Assembly (NCBI GenBank): GCA_965113315.1
Contig: OZ220369.1
Reading direction: 5' to 3' (one strand)
DNA from: Podarcis vaucheri
Lineage: Eukaryota
Length of the DNA: 64,000 nt
The notes beneath the pieces were generated by a model that saw nothing but the letters and a program-made list of their open reading frames with translations, was not told where the DNA came from and did not search any database. Both the position numbers and the translations under genes were made by a program. This document shows positions 59,170 to 64,000 of this stretch, in pieces (positions within the stretch are counted from its first letter, which is position 1; each line of letters opens with the position of its first letter).

Positions 59170-59519
59170 TGTTGTGACATAGGGTTTGTGATTTCAGCTC
59201 TCTTGACATAATACGCTGGAGACAGTTCTCTAGCAACACTTCTTTATTAAAGCAAACAAGACTCAAGACTGAGGAGGGGAAAGCTACATTTATAGGGACA
59301 GGGGACTAGCTAGAAAGGATACATTTTGGAGGGAACAATATCAGGCAATCACAGTCCTGCCTTTTGGAGGAAACCAATAAGACAGAGGATCCAAATACAG
59401 CAGCTTAAATGAACCAATAGTAGCTGTACCCTTTGAAACCAAAAGGCAGTTACTTTACCCTAATGCAAATACAGACAATAATAATACAGATATAAAATCC
59501 TTTGACTCAATACACAACA
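59170..59519 (-). mobile_element. Solo LTR (350 bp)
   Basis: TGTTGTG...CACAACA termini, 5-bp TSD CGTGC, TATAAA (59289-59294) followed by AATAAA (59243-59248) on the minus strand, two CCAAT boxes. Confidence 0.85.
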
Positions 59520-60833
59520 CGTGCATTGTCTCTTTTTTCCAATTGCGTTTTTTACAGATCTGTTTCATTTGTTGTGAGACTTTTGCATTGCATGTAGTAT
59601 TAGGTTAGGGGGGAAAGAGGGGAATGGTGAGTAGGGTGGGGTTGGGTGGTTATGCTTCTGTTCTTCTACTTAGTGTATGTGTGGGGTTTTGTGTCAGCAT
59701 AACTTGTATGAGTTATTATTCGCTTGCTGTAGTTCCTTGATGGTGAGAGAGGTTGGGGGTGACCTAGGTTGGGGGTGGTTGCCTTTGGTTTTGACTATCA
59801 CATGTTAGCTGCCGGGTGTCCAGCAATCCCACCTGCTTTGAATACCTCTTTATTTTAAAGCGTAAGCATCATATGTGTATAATCATTTGGTTTTTCATCA
59901 TTTGGTCAAAGGACCTCCTGTATATTAATAAGTGGTCAAGGAGATGCATTGAAGAGTGACAATTGATCCCAAAACTTCTACCAATATTTAGTCATCTTAA
60001 GTTCATTTCCTTTTTGCTCTGAAAGCATCGAAGAATTACCATAGCTCTCAAATTTGTCGCTAGGTGGCATTGTACACTAGGTTTGTTGCATCAGATACAG
60101 AATCACTGAATTGTCAAATTGGAAGGAACCATGAAGGCATGGGTGTAGCCAAGGGGGGGTAGCTGTCCCCCCTAAATCATGCAAATCTGAGGTTCTGCCA
60201 CACTAACAAAAGCCTGCCCCCTCCAACAAAAATCCTGGCTATGCCCATGCACGAGGGTCATGTAGTCCACCCCCTGCAATGCAGGAATCTTTAGCCCAAT
60301 GGACTCAAACCCACGACTCTGAAATTCAGTCTCATACTCCACTGACTTTGGTGTAAATATGGAGTCACTGGCCCAGTCCCTCAACTACTGAAGTCAGTCC
60401 TCAAACTGCAGTGATGAAAACAATTGTTAAGTGTGTGATCAGCAGCTGTACTTTTAGGTGCTCTGCTCCCCATTTATGGAAGGAATTCATTTTACATTTA
60501 GTAGCGGCAGCTAAATATTTAATAGCAACCAGATAAATATAGAAACCAAATGCACATCTATGCTAGAATGGTTCAGTCAGTTATGGGAAATGTTAGTTCT
60601 TGATAAAAGGTTGCTGCACAAATCAAAAGAAGTATAAGCACCAAAGGAATTATTCACTGTGAGGCAGAGTGAAGATGCAGCCTCAGAGGGCAGTTGTTAT
60701 AGGGCAGAGCTGTGTGTGTGTCATGGGACCAGACCTGCACCTCTGGGCAAGTCTACTGCCCTCAGGATCCTGCCCTGTTACCTGCAGCAGTTGAATAATC
60801 TGGCTTAATTTCTGACTTTGTATTTTTCTTTTT

Positions 60834-61145
60834 GGGGGGGTATAGCTCAGTGGCAGAGCCTATTCTTTGAATGCAGAAGCTCCCAGGTTCAGTCCCCACT
60901 GGCATCTCCACACAGGGCTGGACAAGACTTTTCTCTGGCTGAAAGAATGAAGAGCTGCTGCCAGTCAGTGCAGACAATACTGAGCTAGTTGGTCCAATGG
61001 TCTGACTCAGTAGAAAGTAAGTTTACCAGACTTTTTTCGATGAATCTGGGGACACTTTTCAACTTCAATGGATTTTGTCAGGGGACTGATTTGTCCGGGG
61101 GCGGATGTCTGGTAACCTTAGTATAAAGCAGCTTCCTATGTCCCT
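60834..61145 (+). mobile_element. tRNA-derived SINE (Squam3-like), interrupted
   Basis: A box TAGCTCAGTGG, B box-like GGTTCAGTCC, body GGCATCTCCA...GAGCTGCTGCCAGTCAGTG...GGTCTGACTCAGTA, tail GCAGCTTCCTATGT. Confidence 0.65.
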
Positions 61146-62260
61146 GTGGATGTGTGTGTGGTGTGGGGGAAGTGAAGAGACCACCTTGTCCTTGCCTCAG
61201 GCTGTGAAATGTCTTGGCTCAGTCATGAGTATAAAGATATATTCATATCTTTAGAAAAAAATGTGGTTAACATTTATTAACTATACACATAAGAAAAATG
61301 TGTATAGCAGACCTAAATGGTTGGCATCTGTTTTGTTTGAACTATTTATTGATGTTTATTTAGAGCAACCCTTATTGTAGCTCTCAGTTGCTTTAAGACT
61401 ATCTTTTTGGCTGCCACACAGGATAATGAAGACTGTATCGCATTCTTCCCCCAAAGCGCAAATCTTCCACTGTGGTCAATCAAGGCTGAGCCCAATGAGA
61501 GGCTACCAAAGGCTCCCTGCCTTTTAAGATTTGTTTAATAGCCTCTCAAAAGAGACAGGCCCTGGGGGCGAATCCCAGAGCCCACTAATTAAGAGGTCCA
61601 GCACTAATGGGGGCGAATGCTCTAGTTTCAACAACAACAACAAAATTCCAGCTGCATTCTGAGATGCGCCAAGGGAAAACATCTATTGTTGGTGCTTCTG
61701 GGTGGATACAATGCACCCTGTACTGTGCAATAGTCAGGTGGTCTTGGTGCGCCTGTTCACACCTGTCCTAATTTAGCCTCAGCATAGATTGCAATTTGCT
61801 GCAATTAAGACTAGCCCAGCAGATGTTGCCTGTCTGATCTTGTTTTGTCTCCCATTGGACATCAGAGCCTCCTTGTGTTCCACAGAATTTTTGCTAGAAG
61901 CCATCTGCTGGCTAACTTGGCAATTAGAGGAAACAATGCTGAGTGCCCTGAACTTTGATCTTATCAAGATGAAAATGTCAGCTGCTCTTTAAAAATATGA
62001 CATTCATTACCAAGCATGTTTCCCTCCCCACCCCCTTCCACTAGCTTTGGAAAGACTATTGAATATGTACAGACAGTTTCTATGAAAGCCTTCACTGTCC
62101 ATGCCCCATCTGTACAGAGGGCTCAGGGCGTAGTGGGGAGGGCTCAGCCATCCACCTCTACTGATCTTCACTCACATCTGCCCCTATTCCTTGTTTCCAG
62201 TTATAACAATTCACAATACTAAAAAATCCGGTTTGTTCTTATTAGCAGTTAGAAACATAT

Positions 62261-62624
62261 AAGTTAAAAATAGTAAAGGACCCCTGGACAGTTAAGTCCA
62301 GTCAAAGGTGACTATGGGGTTGCAGCGCTCATCTCACTTTCAGGCCGAGGGAGCTGGCGTTGGTCCACAGATAGCTTTCTGGGTCATGTGGTCAGCATGA
62401 CTAAACCGCTTCTGGTGCAATGGAACACTGTGACTCCATTTACCTTCCTGCCGCAGTGGTACCTATTTATCTACTCGCACTGGCGTGCTTTTGAACTGCT
62501 AGGTTGGCAGGAGCTGGGACTGAGCAAGGGGAGCTCACCCAGTTGCGGGGATTCGAACCGCCGCCCTTCTGATCGGCAAGTCCAACAGGCTCAGTGGTTT
62601 AGACCACAGCGCCACCCGCGTCCC
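62261..62624 (-). mobile_element. Sauria SINE
   Basis: Same family on the minus strand; TSD AGTTAGAAA(C/T)ATAT. Confidence 0.88.
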
Positions 62625-64000
62625 TAAGTTAGAAATATATGCACACAGGCAGAATGGGTGAAATGGATTGGGGTCTAAACCCCACATTTGGGGGAAGGAA
62701 GGAAATGATCCAGTGTGCTTATCCAGCCATGCCTTCACTTCCCCACCAAGGGTTGTTCCATATTGGTATGCCAGGTCATACCAGAGTGTCCATGCACATG
62801 TAGGTGTCACAGATTAGATTTTTCCATGTGTGCTTTTATGCACATTCATTCACACATGCCAGCTTTCAATTGAACTCTGCCTCAGTCTTTCCTACCCACA
62901 CTAGTGGGTGGTGCTTGATGAGTTCTGTTGTCCCCTCCCATCTATTAGTACTTCCTCTACCCACCCTGAGTTCTGGAAGCCTGAGGTTTATTGTGAACAT
63001 GCTTACTGGCATTGGTTTACGTGTGTGTGTGTGTGGTCATCTAAAAATAAAAAATAAAAAAAATAAATACAAGTTTTCTGATATACCAGACTTGCATAAA
63101 ACAGCATATTAATTTTCTTTATTTTAATGTGTTGTGCCACTCCTAGCAGGAACCCATCAATGAAAGTAGGAATGTAGGGAGTAGCACCCAGAAAAACATC
63201 ACTAAACACATTTTAAAAGCCCAATCCTGCCCCGACAAGATGCTTCACAGAATCTTAGAGCTGGAAGGGATCCAAGGGTCATCTAGTCCAACCCACCCAT
63301 AGCAGGAATCTCAGCTAAAGCATCCATGGCAGATGGCCATCCAGCCTCTGCTTAAAAACCTTTCAGTATGTCCAGAATTGGGTAACATGTGATATTATGT
63401 TGAATTCCCAACCCTGCCCCCCTTGCCACATTATCTGCAGATCAGGAAATCCAGATTAAAGGGGGGGGGAAGTGTGGGCTAATTGGATGAGAATGTCATG
63501 CAGATGACACACACCTCAGATACATCAAATCCCCTTTTAAATTGCTGTGTGTAGACAGCCAAAATGAGCCAAGTCACAAGTTGCTAACTTCATTAAGTCA
63601 TTGATTCTTCCCACCCCAAAAATTGTCTCTCTTCACCCAGTGTCTACAATGAGAAGGGAAGGCCAGCTGCACTTTTGCACTGCCAAGATCTGGGCATATA
63701 AGAATCTCACAGTTTCAGTCAAAGAGAGATATGAATGGGTGCCAAGTCTGCCCTCTTGAAAATCTGGCCCATCCTTGCAGAGCCTTGCAACATTTAGGGA
63801 ATGAAAAGATGCAACTACACAATTCCCGTAGCAGAAGATCAGTTTTATTTGTAAACTCTTCTTTGGTAATCAAGAAGACTTAGTGTGAAAAGAAAGCAAA
63901 AGATAAAAATTAAGAGCAAAAATAAAATACACTCCAGATCTGAGGATGTACAGGACACAAACTATGGTACCCAACACAGAGAGAGAAACAAGCAGGAAGA

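Noticed and set aside
60834-60910. tRNA-like A/B boxes
   Set aside because: No intact cloverleaf and continues into a SINE body; SINE head rather than tRNA gene

Overview
Vertebrate genomic DNA, almost certainly a squamate reptile (Sauria/Squam SINEs, CR1/L2 LINEs, squamate MITEs; lacertid lizard is my inference). The window covers the conserved CNOT1 - SLC38A7 - GOT2 block (human 16q21 synteny), all on the minus strand. It holds the 5' part of CNOT1 (exons 1-7; the ATG-bearing half of exon 2 probably lies in a 204-N gap), the complete SLC38A7 CDS (10 coding exons, 459 aa) and the complete GOT2 CDS (10 exons, 429 aa). The main surprise lies between CNOT1 and SLC38A7, where I know of no human protein-coding gene: an intact, 11-exon, 456-aa cathepsin-A-like serine carboxypeptidase (family S10). 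It has a signal peptide, a full Ser-Asp-His triad, a TATA promoter, three fewer coding introns than human CTSA and a shortened maturation linker with few basic residues. A decayed copy of this gene's last exon/intron sits inside CNOT1 intron 2, split by a SINE. Other notable items are a clean solo LTR just upstream of GOT2 in sense orientation, uORFs in the CNOT1 and SLC38A7 leaders, a GC-AG intron in CNOT1, and direct and inverted SINE pairs around CNOT1 exon 3. Comparisons with human genes are from memory; no database was searched.
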